Below, piece by piece: positions 49,293 to 59,653 of a stretch of 64,000 bases of DNA. The stretch spans positions 462,977-526,976 of the forward strand of contig JAOPTT010000006.1 of assembly GCA_051531975.1 (NCBI GenBank). The letters are read 5' to 3'. The position numbers were made by a program, and so were the translations under genes. A model generated the notes under the pieces. The model was not told the origin of the DNA. It did not search any database and worked only from the letters and a program-made list of their open reading frames with translations. Position 1 is the first letter of the stretch. Every line of letters starts with the position of its first letter. Origin of the DNA: Spirochaetaceae bacterium. Its GTDB lineage: Bacteria > Spirochaetota > Spirochaetia > DSM-2461.

Positions 49293-50153
49293 TTATAAAT
49301 ATTCTTTTAAATCTTTTTTTATTTCATCTTCTAATGTTTTAGGTTCTACCACAATTATTTTTGGTAACCAATATTTAATTAAACCTTTAATCTCATCTAT
49401 AGAGTTAACTTTTAATTTTACAGTTAAAGAATTGTCAGAATTTGTAATTACACTGTCTCTGTCTGAAATTATATTTCGATCTAAAAAATATTCAGCAAAA
49501 TCAGATTTTATTTTTAAGACAATATTAACTTTATCCTCTCTAAACCATGGACTTGGATTATCTTCTATATCCTTTAAAAGTTTATCATCGATAATAAAGT
49601 GATTAATATCTCGTCTAACCTTTTTCATTTTATGAACACAATAACTTTTTACAACACCATCACTTTTTGCAAGTAAATACCATATCCCACTGTTATTTAG
49701 TAGTTTATATGGCTCAGAGACTAATTGTTTATTATTATAACTAAATTTGATTAATAATGAGTTAATGATTACATAATTAATCTCTTTAAAATCAGATGCT
49801 TTTGGAATACAACTTTTATTAACACTTGATTTAACTAATATTGTATCTCTAATTCTATTTCGTAATACATCATCAAGATCTGGATAAAGATCGATTATAC
49901 CAGATAGTTGACTAAAATCTTTAATATCTTTAGGTGTAATATTACCTAGATAACCAGGTACAAGTCTATAAATACCATTTCCAAGAGGTTCTATAATTTT
50001 AGGATCTAACCTCTCATTTAGATCTTTTTGAATAGTTCTTTCTGATACAGAAAACTCAATTGCTAGATCTTTTACATTTATTGATAATCCTGTATTTAGT
50101 TTCTGTAGAATCTCTGCTAAACGGTTTGCTAATAAAACTGCTTTTTCACTCAT
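49293..50153 (-). CDS. WYL-domain transcriptional regulator (wHTH-WYL-WCX)
   Basis: LAIEFSVSERTIQKDL HTH; EPYKLLNNSGIWYLLA; C-terminal YWLPKIIVVEPKTL. Confidence 0.93.
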   Translation of the reverse strand: MSEKAVLLANRLAEILQKLNTGLSINVKDLAIEFSVSERTIQKDLNERLDPKIIEPLGNGIYRLVPGYLGNITPKDIKDFSQLSGIIDLYPDLDDVLRNRIRDTILVKSSVNKSCIPKASDFKEINYVIINSLLIKFSYNNKQLVSEPYKLLNNSGIWYLLAKSDGVVKSYCVHKMKKVRRDINHFIIDDKLLKDIEDNPSPWFREDKVNIVLKIKSDFAEYFLDRNIISDRDSVITNSDNSLTVKLKVNSIDEIKGLIKYWLPKIIVVEPKTLEDEIKKDLKEYL

Positions 50154-50214
50154 TTTTTAATATTATCACTGTTTTTCTATTTATCAAACAAACTGATTCA
50201 ATTATTATGCTTAG

Positions 50215-51570
50215 ATGATTAATTTAAAAGAAATAATACAAAATAAAAAAGCACTTTTATTCATGATAATAACAATGTCTTTACCAGCAATAATGGAAAT
50301 GTTTCTAAACACTATGTTAGGTGTGGCAGATACAATAATGATAAGTAGATTTATAGGAAAAGAAGCACTTGCTTCAGTCGGATTTGCGAACCAAATAGTT
50401 TATACATTGATATTTATATTTTCTGCATTTAATACTGGTGCTGTAGCATTAATATCCCGAGCTTTAGGAGAAAAAAACTATAAAAAACTTGAAGCCATAG
50501 CGGAGCAAAATATTACTCTGAACTTAATAATCGGTATAATTATTTTAGCTTTAGGATATATTTTTAGTAATTCTATTTTTAAAATTTTTGATATTTCAGA
50601 TAAAGTATATAACGATGCTATTAGTTATTTTAAAATAATAATGATCGGTTTTGTACCAATGTTTTTATGCTTTTCATTTGCCGCGACATTAAGAGGTTCT
50701 GGAAATACTGTAACTCCCATGGTAATTACAGGTGTATCAAATATTATTAATATTATTGGTAATTTTGTTCTAATATTAGGTATTGGTCCATTTCCAGAAC
50801 TTGGGATTGAAGGTGCTGCTTGGTCAACTTCTGGATCAAGAATGATTGCACTTCTTTTATATGTTTTTGTTATATATATTAAAAAAAGTAACATTCGATT
50901 AAAAATGAAATTTTTCTTTAATAAAGATATATTAAAACCATTATGGAAAATAAGTCTTCCAGGTGGTATTGAACAAGCTTTAATGCATATATCATTTGTT
51001 GTTATGGCTGTTATTGTATCTAAACTTGATACTGTTGCTGAAGCTACATTTAGAATATTAATTCAGATAGAATCTCTATCATTTATGCCAGCAGTTGGAA
51101 TGTCTATAGCTACTGCTACATTAGTAGGAAAATCTCTTGGTGAACAGGATCCAGACAAAGCATCTGAAGTAGGTTTTCTTTCTGCAGGAATGGGTGTTTT
51201 CTGGGGCATATTTATAGGTACTATATTTATAATTTTCCCTAACCAGATTATTGGAATTTTTACAAAAGATTCTGTCGTTATAAATACTGGAGCTCCTGTA
51301 ATGTTATTTATGGGGCTAAACCAGATGTGGTTAACGTTTACAATTGTAATTTCAGGAGCACTTAGAGGTGCTGGAGATACAAAGTATGTAATGACTAATA
51401 CATTATTAAGATTATGGATTATTTTTATACCCCTATCATTTCTATTTGTAAATATATTGAATTTGGGGATAGTTGGTGTTTGGTATGCAGAAATAGCTTC
51501 TTTTTTCTTTTTTGCAGCTCTTCTATTTTTTAGATTTAAAAGTAGAAAATGGGTAAAAGAATTAGTTTAA
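50215..51570 (+). CDS. MATE family efflux transporter
   Basis: DTIMISR, LRGSGNTVTPM, PELGIEGAAW, LRGAGDTK. Confidence 0.95.
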   Translation: MINLKEIIQNKKALLFMIITMSLPAIMEMFLNTMLGVADTIMISRFIGKEALASVGFANQIVYTLIFIFSAFNTGAVALISRALGEKNYKKLEAIAEQNITLNLIIGIIILALGYIFSNSIFKIFDISDKVYNDAISYFKIIMIGFVPMFLCFSFAATLRGSGNTVTPMVITGVSNIINIIGNFVLILGIGPFPELGIEGAAWSTSGSRMIALLLYVFVIYIKKSNIRLKMKFFFNKDILKPLWKISLPGGIEQALMHISFVVMAVIVSKLDTVAEATFRILIQIESLSFMPAVGMSIATATLVGKSLGEQDPDKASEVGFLSAGMGVFWGIFIGTIFIIFPNQIIGIFTKDSVVINTGAPVMLFMGLNQMWLTFTIVISGALRGAGDTKYVMTNTLLRLWIIFIPLSFLFVNILNLGIVGVWYAEIASFFFFAALLFFRFKSRKWVKELV

Positions 51571-52734
51571 TTTTAAAGTCTGGTAGTTGAATATTTTTCT
51601 ATCTATCACTACCTGTTTAATAAAAATATTAAGTTTAGAATTTTGTAAAATATCTTCTAACCCATTTGTTAATATTAAGAATTTTAATTTATCATCAATA
51701 TCTGTTGTTGGGAGACTTTTTTTACGATTAAAGTTTTTTTTCTCATCTGTTAGATATATTTTTAATTTTTTATAAGCTTTTTCTAACCTGACAGTTTCCA
51801 TTCCACGCCAGCTATATAGTTGAATCATATGCTCTAATAATATAATTATTTCACAGTAGAGAGGCATCGTTCCTCTATAATAATAGTGTGGCGGAAGTGT
51901 ATTTATATCTTTTAACAGTGGCGATATAGAGTTAAAGAAACCTTCAGTATAACTATTAATTGGCATCCCTGATTGTTTCTGATCTCTATATAATTTGTTA
52001 TATAATTGTAATTTTTCAGGATAATATTTTTCAATTGTATTTAAATAGAATTCTTTCTGTCTTCCAGGCCTAAGTGTAACTGGAAATGGCATAATATAAT
52101 CAACTTTTAAATCCATTAAAGTAGTTATAAGTTTTTCTATCCCTTTATAATCATCTGAAATCCCAGGTAACAATGGCTGCATATAAATACCTACATTACA
52201 CCCTTCATCTTTAAATATCTTAACAGTCTCTAATCTCTCTTCTACAGTTGAGGCGTTTGGCTCCATATTAGATCGAGTGGTCTCATCTAGTGTATTTATA
52301 GACATCTGTAGAGTAAATCCACCCTTTTGATTAACTTTTTTCCAATTATCCAGATCTCTTAATACAAGTTTTGATTTAGTTAATACGGAGACATGAAATC
52401 CATATTCTGTAAACAGTTCACTACACCTTCCAGTTAAGTTATAATGTTTCTCTGCTTCTTGATATATATCGCTAATTCCTGAAGATAGATGAAATGGTGC
52501 ATTTTCTCGTACTTTTGGCAGTGCTTCATGTAATAGATCAGGGATATTAACTCTTGCTTTTATATCTTTAGAAAAATCACCTTCCAAATGATATTTTTCT
52601 GCTCTACCATCACAATAACTACAGTCATGTGAACACCCCATATAAGGTGAAAAAGCATACATGTTTCCAAACATAGACCCTGCAAAATAACTTTTACTAA
52701 AAGCTTTTTTTACTTTTATCTCAGTTAAACCCAT
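51562..52734 (-). CDS. Radical SAM protein, SPL/Rv2578c-like family
   Basis: SPYMGCSHDCSYC, SDIYQEAE, LTKSKLVLRDLD, EPNA...ERL, PLLPGISD. Confidence 0.88.
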   Translation of the reverse strand: MGLTEIKVKKAFSKSYFAGSMFGNMYAFSPYMGCSHDCSYCDGRAEKYHLEGDFSKDIKARVNIPDLLHEALPKVRENAPFHLSSGISDIYQEAEKHYNLTGRCSELFTEYGFHVSVLTKSKLVLRDLDNWKKVNQKGGFTLQMSINTLDETTRSNMEPNASTVEERLETVKIFKDEGCNVGIYMQPLLPGISDDYKGIEKLITTLMDLKVDYIMPFPVTLRPGRQKEFYLNTIEKYYPEKLQLYNKLYRDQKQSGMPINSYTEGFFNSISPLLKDINTLPPHYYYRGTMPLYCEIIILLEHMIQLYSWRGMETVRLEKAYKKLKIYLTDEKKNFNRKKSLPTTDIDDKLKFLILTNGLEDILQNSKLNIFIKQVVIDRKIFNYQTLKLN

Positions 52735-53402
52735 CTTTTAAGAAATTCCTTTCTAGATAATATTTTAGCACCTAACTTCTTTTTATATTCCATATATGGA
52801 TGACCTAAATTCCAAAATTCTATGCCTTTAGACTCTAGCTCCCTTGCTAATAGTACAAGTTGAAAAGTTCCCCAATTATTAAACTCTTTATTATAAAAAC
52901 CAGTTAGACTAGTAAATGTTTTACCTATATAATAACCAACTTCTCCAGATGTAATAACATCCCCATGGTATAATAGAATTGTTGAAATTTGAAAGTTATC
53001 TTTAGCTAAGGTATATTCTTTTAATTTATATAATAGAGATATATAACTATCTGTAAACCAACACTCATCTCCATGATAAAGTTTTAACAGAGGTATAAAT
53101 GTATCAAGATCAAGTTTTTGCTCTAACTTATAATTTTTGTTGTATAATTTATTAGTTTTTTTGCTTATATGAAGATTTTTGAAATCTAATACAGCATATG
53201 CTTCTTGTATTTCTGGTAATAGAATATCTCCAATTCCTTTATAATTAACACTTGTTGAAATAAAACCTTTAATAGCTAATAATATATAAAGTTCAGGAGT
53301 AAAGTTATCGGTCCAATAATATCTGTTTTCTAAATCGTTATATATTCGATCTATCTCATGATTAATTTTTGAAATAGTTATAAATTCAATTTCATTTGAC
53401 AC
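52725..53402 (-). CDS. Leu/Phe-tRNA-protein transferase-like (GNAT-fold) protein
   Basis: LHISKK, GEVGYYIGKTFTSLTGF, GTFQL, WNLGHPYMEYKKKLGAKILSRKEFL. Confidence 0.6.
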   Translation of the reverse strand: MSNEIEFITISKINHEIDRIYNDLENRYYWTDNFTPELYILLAIKGFISTSVNYKGIGDILLPEIQEAYAVLDFKNLHISKKTNKLYNKNYKLEQKLDLDTFIPLLKLYHGDECWFTDSYISLLYKLKEYTLAKDNFQISTILLYHGDVITSGEVGYYIGKTFTSLTGFYNKEFNNWGTFQLVLLARELESKGIEFWNLGHPYMEYKKKLGAKILSRKEFLKRWV

Positions 53403-53490
53403 TAATAAACCTCAATAATTAATTTTATATTATTTCCCATGACTTTTAAAGAGACATAAATTATACTTTACATGATTTAAAGGACTAACA

Positions 53491-55392
53491 TTGAAACATA
53501 TAACTACTTTTTTATTTATTTTCATCTCTTTTTTTTTAACATCATGCCAGCAAATAGTTACAAGGAATAATGTATTAAATGGTCAAGTAGATTTATCTAT
53601 GATTAGCTCCACAGATAGTGAATTATCTAGATTAAATGGTTATTGGTATTATTGGCCAGATGAACTCTTGGATTATCAGGATGTTAAAAATCAGATCGAT
53701 TCAGGATATAATAATTATAGTTATTATCCCTTAGTCTGGCAAAAACTTAAAACATTTGATAAATATGAAGCTTTACAAAAAACTGGAACCCTAGCAATAG
53801 AATTATCTCTACCTTATGATATTGCTACTTGGGCTGTAAGAATCCCAAATGCAAACTCTGCAACAACACTGTTTTTTAATGAGCAAATAATATCCAAAAC
53901 TGGGAATACTTCAGAAACAATTGACAACTTTATTCCAAGTAATAAACTTAAAATTGGGAATATAACATCACCTAATGAAAAAAATATATTAATTGTTCAT
54001 GTATCAAATTTTTCAACTCCTTATACTGGTACATGGGATAGTCTAATCATTGGGAATCAAGATGATATCAACAACAAAAGAGTTTTGGATATAATATTAA
54101 CCTGCTTGATAAGTGGTGCCCTTTTTTATATGGGTCTATATCATTTATCTCTACATCTACTTAGAAGAGATGATAAAAGTACATTATGGTTTGGGTTTAT
54201 TTGTCTTTTAATGGGCATAAGAAACATGATTATGGGTGAAAGAATCATACTAGAATTATTACCAGACAGTTGGTTCTGGTGGAGATTTGGTTTTAACCTA
54301 GAACATTTGTCTGCTCATATGGTGTTACCCTTATTCTTTCTGTTTTTCAATGATATTTTTCCTAATCAGATACATAAGATTTCTGTTAAAATAGTTTCTT
54401 TTGTTGCAATTTTGTGGGCAATATTACAACTATTTACACCTATAATGTTTCATCAAAGGTTTCTTTCTTGGTATGAATATTTCTTATTTTTGAGTGCCTT
54501 ATATATGTTGAGTGTAATTATTAGGGCTTTTATTGCTAAAGAAGATGGATCTTTAATTACAATAACTGGTCTTACAATTCTAATTTTAACAACAATTAAC
54601 GATGTATTATTATCTAATGGTATTTTACAAAGTTTTTATATGTCTTCAGTTGGAGTTTTTGTCTATACATTTAGTCAAAGCTTCTTTTTATCAAAAAGGT
54701 TTGCAAAACTATTTAATATAATTGCTAGGTTCACTAAAGATCTACAAGAATTAAATAACTCCCTTGAACGATTTATTCCACATAGAATGTTAGAATTTTT
54801 AGGAAAAAAAAGTATCGTTGATATTAAGTTAGGTGACTATTCAAAACAAGAGATGTCTGTATTTTTCTTAGATATAAGAGATTTTACAACTTTCTCAGAA
54901 ACAATGAGCCCTCAGGATAACTTTAAATTTATTAACTCATTTTTAAAGAGGTTTGGACCAATAATTAGACAATGTGGTGGATTTGTTGATAAATATATTG
55001 GTGATGGTATTATGGCGCTTTTCCCTGATTCACCTGATAGTGCTTTTAATGCAGCTCTTTTAATTAGAGAAGAGTTAGTTAGTTTTAATATCGAAAGAGA
55101 GAGTTATGGACATATACCAATAGCTCTTGGTATTGGTATAAACACTGGAGAACTAATGCTAGGAACGATCGGGGAAAATCAGCGTATGGATTCAACTGTT
55201 ATATCTGATGCAGTTAATACAGCTAGTAGATTGGAAAGTTTAACAAAAGAGTTAAATATTGATATTCTGGTTTCTGAAACTTCAATGAATAAACTAATAG
55301 ATAAAAATCTATTTAAACTTTCCCATGCTGGTAACCAACATGTAAAAGGAAAGTCTGAACAGATTAATATCTATACTTTAAATAGATTATAG
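53491..55392 (+). CDS. Class III adenylate cyclase with extracytoplasmic and 7TM (7TM-DISM-like) sensor
   Basis: FLDIRDFT, VDKYIGDGIMALF, GIGINTG, TVISDAVNTASRLE; seven TM segments; N-terminal LTSC. TTG start. Confidence 0.92.
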   Translation: MKHITTFLFIFISFFLTSCQQIVTRNNVLNGQVDLSMISSTDSELSRLNGYWYYWPDELLDYQDVKNQIDSGYNNYSYYPLVWQKLKTFDKYEALQKTGTLAIELSLPYDIATWAVRIPNANSATTLFFNEQIISKTGNTSETIDNFIPSNKLKIGNITSPNEKNILIVHVSNFSTPYTGTWDSLIIGNQDDINNKRVLDIILTCLISGALFYMGLYHLSLHLLRRDDKSTLWFGFICLLMGIRNMIMGERIILELLPDSWFWWRFGFNLEHLSAHMVLPLFFLFFNDIFPNQIHKISVKIVSFVAILWAILQLFTPIMFHQRFLSWYEYFLFLSALYMLSVIIRAFIAKEDGSLITITGLTILILTTINDVLLSNGILQSFYMSSVGVFVYTFSQSFFLSKRFAKLFNIIARFTKDLQELNNSLERFIPHRMLEFLGKKSIVDIKLGDYSKQEMSVFFLDIRDFTTFSETMSPQDNFKFINSFLKRFGPIIRQCGGFVDKYIGDGIMALFPDSPDSAFNAALLIREELVSFNIERESYGHIPIALGIGINTGELMLGTIGENQRMDSTVISDAVNTASRLESLTKELNIDILVSETSMNKLIDKNLFKLSHAGNQHVKGKSEQINIYTLNRL

Positions 55393-55397
55393 TCAGC

Positions 55398-57512
55398 CTA
55401 TTCAGTAAAACCTGATACTAAAAATAGTAGTGGTGAATTCCAATATATAGTAATTTCATTTGTTGAATAACTAGGCTCTAGATCAAGATAACATTTTGCA
55501 GGAGCTTTTTTTGCAAGTTTCATTTTTGCAAAAGGATCTTGTAAACTCCTATTTGGTCCCCCTGCTAACATACCTGGAACTACTTTACCAACAAAAGTTG
55601 ATGGTCTATGATGTGGAAATTTCATGGAGACATCACCAAAACCTGATACAAAACTAATACCTAATGAGTTAATACCTAATAGATAATTCAAGTGATCTAA
55701 AGCTTGTTCTTTATATAGTTCGTTACCAGTAAGTCTATTTGCAAGTAATAATATAATTCCATTATCTGCAACTATTTCGTTACTTCCCCATTGATAATTA
55801 GTTCCTAACGAAATTCCAAAACCATCTTCTAGACTTTTAGAGCTTATTTTATCAGCTTTTTTAATAAATTCTTGTCTTAATTCTTCAGAAAAATTATCAT
55901 CTTTCACATCAGAATCAGTAAAGATATATGATATTACTCCATATGTACCCATATCAGCCCATCCTAAACCACTCCATGGTTCACCTTCAAAACTCTCTTT
56001 TGCATATGAGTGAAACATAGGATTTTCTGTAGCCAAAAAAAGTTCAACTGAAGCCCAAAACTTTTCATCTTTATCAATAAAATCGCCATACTCTCCTGTT
56101 GTAATACCTTCAGGGTTTTTAAAACCGGGGTATAGTTCATGCTCATCTAACCATGCCCAAGCTTTTAAAGCAGCTTCTAGAGCGATTTCTGAATAAACTG
56201 GATCTATCTCCCTATATAATCTAGAAGACATTGCCATAACTGCAGCAAAATCTCCTGTCGCTGTTGATGAAATAGGAGATATTATTAATTTATCTGAGTT
56301 TTTATCTGGCATTATGTTATCGATAAACTTTTTAGTCGTTACCTTATGATAAACACCACCAGTTTCTGGATCTTGCATTTTTAATAGCCAGTCTAATTCA
56401 TATCTAATTTCATTATATAACTCAGGAGTTTCTGTATAAAATATAGATGTTAACATTAAATCTGTTACTGCTTTTATACCAGGGCTGGTATATCTTCCAT
56501 AATCCCCTGCATCATGCCAACCACCTGTAACATCAACTTTTGTATCAGTATTATATACTGTAGCAAGATCAGTATGACAAGCAGAATGTGTCCAATCATG
56601 GGTAATATTTTCATCTAGATCAAAACCACAACGCTGATAATAAAACATTTCAAAAATAGATTTTTTTAATGGGTTGAAAATATCAGATTTAATTTCAAAA
56701 GATACAGAACTACCAATTTCAGGTACTTCAATAATATATTGTCCCTCTTTTACAAAAGCGGTAAAATCCCCAGTTACTACTTTATCTTTTGATGCTGGAT
56801 CATCTATGAAATCACCAAATAAGCCTTCATAAACTGTCTCATTAGTAGTTGCATCTTTTAAATAAAAAGATTTAACATCACTATTTACTCTAACAATTTT
56901 ACTACTATTAGTTAAATAACCTACTTGATTAACTGAAACATATGTTTTTACAATTTCAACTTTTTCTTCAATTGTATTATTATCTGTTGTTATAGATAGA
57001 TTATCAACTTTTACTGTATGAGCTGGTAGATCTCCATCTTCGAAATATCCTATATTATAACACAATTTTGCAAACTCATCTGTATCTTTTTCCATAACAA
57101 AATCAAATGTAAAAGTTTGCATATCTGGAGTTAACTGAATGTTTTCTTCTAAATATGCTGTATAAGGAGCGAAATCTAATTGAATTCTAATCTGAGCTTC
57201 TTTTGGTATTGTAGAAGCCATGTCTACCTGAAAAGTATAACTGTGACCTTTGATAAATGTTAAACCTGCATAATGAGCTTGTATATGCCATTCTTCGGTT
57301 CCAACATTGTCTATATTATAATGAATTTGACCTTCATTTACTTCAAACGAACCCTCGCCAGGGGATTTTACAAACAGTCCCCACCCCTCAGAACCATTAC
57401 TTAAATCACCATTTTCAATTAAATTCACCAATTCACCATCATTACTACTTTTGACTGATATACAACTTGATATAAAAGCTATAACAGAAATAATAAATAA
57501 AAATTTCTTCAT
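55398..57512 (-). CDS. GH9 endoglucanase lipoprotein (CBM4-like, Ig-like, GH9)
   Basis: Lipobox ISSC; VNQVGY; GGWHDAGDYGRY; PHHRPS; YSTNEITIYWNSPL. Confidence 0.95.
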   Translation of the reverse strand: MKKFLFIISVIAFISSCISVKSSNDGELVNLIENGDLSNGSEGWGLFVKSPGEGSFEVNEGQIHYNIDNVGTEEWHIQAHYAGLTFIKGHSYTFQVDMASTIPKEAQIRIQLDFAPYTAYLEENIQLTPDMQTFTFDFVMEKDTDEFAKLCYNIGYFEDGDLPAHTVKVDNLSITTDNNTIEEKVEIVKTYVSVNQVGYLTNSSKIVRVNSDVKSFYLKDATTNETVYEGLFGDFIDDPASKDKVVTGDFTAFVKEGQYIIEVPEIGSSVSFEIKSDIFNPLKKSIFEMFYYQRCGFDLDENITHDWTHSACHTDLATVYNTDTKVDVTGGWHDAGDYGRYTSPGIKAVTDLMLTSIFYTETPELYNEIRYELDWLLKMQDPETGGVYHKVTTKKFIDNIMPDKNSDKLIISPISSTATGDFAAVMAMSSRLYREIDPVYSEIALEAALKAWAWLDEHELYPGFKNPEGITTGEYGDFIDKDEKFWASVELFLATENPMFHSYAKESFEGEPWSGLGWADMGTYGVISYIFTDSDVKDDNFSEELRQEFIKKADKISSKSLEDGFGISLGTNYQWGSNEIVADNGIILLLANRLTGNELYKEQALDHLNYLLGINSLGISFVSGFGDVSMKFPHHRPSTFVGKVVPGMLAGGPNRSLQDPFAKMKLAKKAPAKCYLDLEPSYSTNEITIYWNSPLLFLVSGFTE

Positions 57513-57527
57513 ACACTATCCTTGTTT

Positions 57528-57568
57528 AATAATTATATTAGTTTCCGTAAACAACTAATATAATTATT
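57528..57568. promoter_or_regulatory. 16-bp-arm inverted repeat upstream of the GH9 gene
   Basis: aataattatattagtt-tccgtaaac-aactaatataattatt directly upstream of the RBS. Confidence 0.55.
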
Positions 57569-57598
57569 ATTGTAGTGTTTTTTTAATTAGTCAAGAAA

Positions 57599-58060
57599 TT
57601 ATAAATTAATATATTTAAGTATTTCATTTTTATGTTCATCATTTTTTAAACAGTCAAAATACATTGTAGGTCGATTATTAGTCTTTATTTCAATTAAAGA
57701 TTGACTAAAAAACCGCCAAAAACCTTTTGGTGCTTCTTCTAAAATATATTCATCACCACTGTTTTTAATAGCATTTAATGCATCTTGTTCACGAACTTCT
57801 CTGATACTTTTAAGTTCTTCGGCTTTTACACCAAATTCTAATTTACTATAATTTGATTTCTTATTCATTGTTAAAATTGATGGCGCTGGGGCAAAATCTT
57901 CGAAATATAAAATCTTATTGATAATATAAAACAGACCACTTGTTCCTATCTGTTTATTTCCTTTCGAATTACCTACATATTTTGCAAAAGAAGAGTATAT
58001 AATTTTTCCATCATATCTCTCTTCACGCTCTTTAATAAACTTCTTTCTTTCTTCATCCAT
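57599..58060 (-). CDS. Hypothetical protein
   Basis: 153-aa ORF; no confident motif. Confidence 0.7.
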   Translation of the reverse strand: MDEERKKFIKEREERYDGKIIYSSFAKYVGNSKGNKQIGTSGLFYIINKILYFEDFAPAPSILTMNKKSNYSKLEFGVKAEELKSIREVREQDALNAIKNSGDEYILEEAPKGFWRFFSQSLIEIKTNNRPTMYFDCLKNDEHKNEILKYINL

Positions 58061-58099
58061 ATAAGAATAATATGCTTTTAATATAAATTTTAAAAGAGA

Positions 58100-59653
58100 T
58101 TACATATTTGTTTTTGCTTTATCTAAGTGAACAGAAAATGCACGCATTAAATGAACAAGTTTATTAAGTTTATCTGAACAATCTTCAAGCTCTTTAGCTA
58201 ATTCAGGGTTTGTGTTTTTAAAATAGATTACATTGTTAAGAATATTGGGTTTCATAGCAATAATATCAACGTTAATCGCAGTAATAAAGGCATTCATTTT
58301 AATTGCACTTTCAAATAATGCTTGAATTATACCATCTGCTTCGTTGTTTACAAACTTGATTGCATCTTGTGCTTTTAATTTAGTTTTACTATCTAAAATA
58401 CTATTTTTAATAATTTTTAAATATGGATCAACCTTTGAAAATGAAGGAATAGTTAAATCTTCTTCAAATTTCTTAATATCTTCAGATACCTGATTTAATG
58501 ATTCAAAATATCCATTAAATATGTTTTGCTTCTCTTTATGCATATACTCTGCGTTAACTTGAAATAATTTTAATGATTTTGAAATTTGATTATCAAAATA
58601 ATATACGTAAAAACTTTTGATAATCCTTATTGTTTCGATATATTTAAAAATTGGTAAACCGGCATCAAAAAATAAATTGCTATTTTCATCAGAATATACC
58701 TGACAAGTTAATAACTCTAAATCTTCAAATAGTTGATAAATTCTGGAATTTAGAACTTTATTTTTTTCCTGTTGTAAATATCTCTGCCTATCAACTCTAA
58801 ACTTATCTATTATTGGCTGATAAACATCTATTGGAAATGTATTTTCATATACTTTTACTGGTGGTTTGTTATTAAAATCTTTACTTATTAAGCATAAAAG
58901 ATCTTCAAGAAAACTATTTGTTAATATATTATCAAAAATATTATATAGACGTAAAATATCTTTAGTTAAATGCTCATAAGTATATGATTCCGCTGCTTCA
59001 GAATAACTTAAAGAAATAGTCATTATTGGGTCTACGACAATTCTTTCAAACTCAACAATTGCTCCAGATAAAAAATATAGGTCTAAAATAGATGCTTGTA
59101 TACTCTCCCCACTTACTGGATATGTTTCTCCATTACTTTTGAATTGAAACTGGTTAATAAGATTATCATAATTAAAAAGGACTAAATCTGCTAAGACCAT
59201 ATTTTTATTTAAATATTTATTACAGATTTTAAAATCTTTATGTTTAAATGATTTCATTCTCTCTTTAAAAGTAGAATCAACGGTTTTAATACCACCAGAA
59301 CCATGACCAGTCAATTGTGTTATAATATTTTTTAATTCTAGATCTTCTAATGTATAATTTACTTTTTCTAAAATATTGGATACTACAGCTTTTTCGAAGT
59401 TCTCCTCATGTTCTTCTCCTCCATTTAGATTGTTTTGATATACAGGTCGAAGTCTTTTAGAAATATCTGCCATGTCTTCAATTATTTTTAAAAATTCTAA
59501 TTTAAATGAATCTGAAATAGGATCATACAGATCTCTTTTATGCTTCCTAATTGTAATTATAGCTCTTTTAATACTTCTTTTATTATCTTGATCTTGTCCC
59601 ATAATAGGTCCGTAAGCTAATATGAAATTTTTTAATTTATCTACTAAGCTCAT
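58100..59653 (-). CDS. Hypothetical helical protein (possibly a spirochete-restricted family)
   Basis: 517-aa ORF coupled (ATGA overlap) to the response regulator gene. Confidence 0.7.
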   Translation of the reverse strand: MSLVDKLKNFILAYGPIMGQDQDNKRSIKRAIITIRKHKRDLYDPISDSFKLEFLKIIEDMADISKRLRPVYQNNLNGGEEHEENFEKAVVSNILEKVNYTLEDLELKNIITQLTGHGSGGIKTVDSTFKERMKSFKHKDFKICNKYLNKNMVLADLVLFNYDNLINQFQFKSNGETYPVSGESIQASILDLYFLSGAIVEFERIVVDPIMTISLSYSEAAESYTYEHLTKDILRLYNIFDNILTNSFLEDLLCLISKDFNNKPPVKVYENTFPIDVYQPIIDKFRVDRQRYLQQEKNKVLNSRIYQLFEDLELLTCQVYSDENSNLFFDAGLPIFKYIETIRIIKSFYVYYFDNQISKSLKLFQVNAEYMHKEKQNIFNGYFESLNQVSEDIKKFEEDLTIPSFSKVDPYLKIIKNSILDSKTKLKAQDAIKFVNNEADGIIQALFESAIKMNAFITAINVDIIAMKPNILNNVIYFKNTNPELAKELEDCSDKLNKLVHLMRAFSVHLDKAKTNM

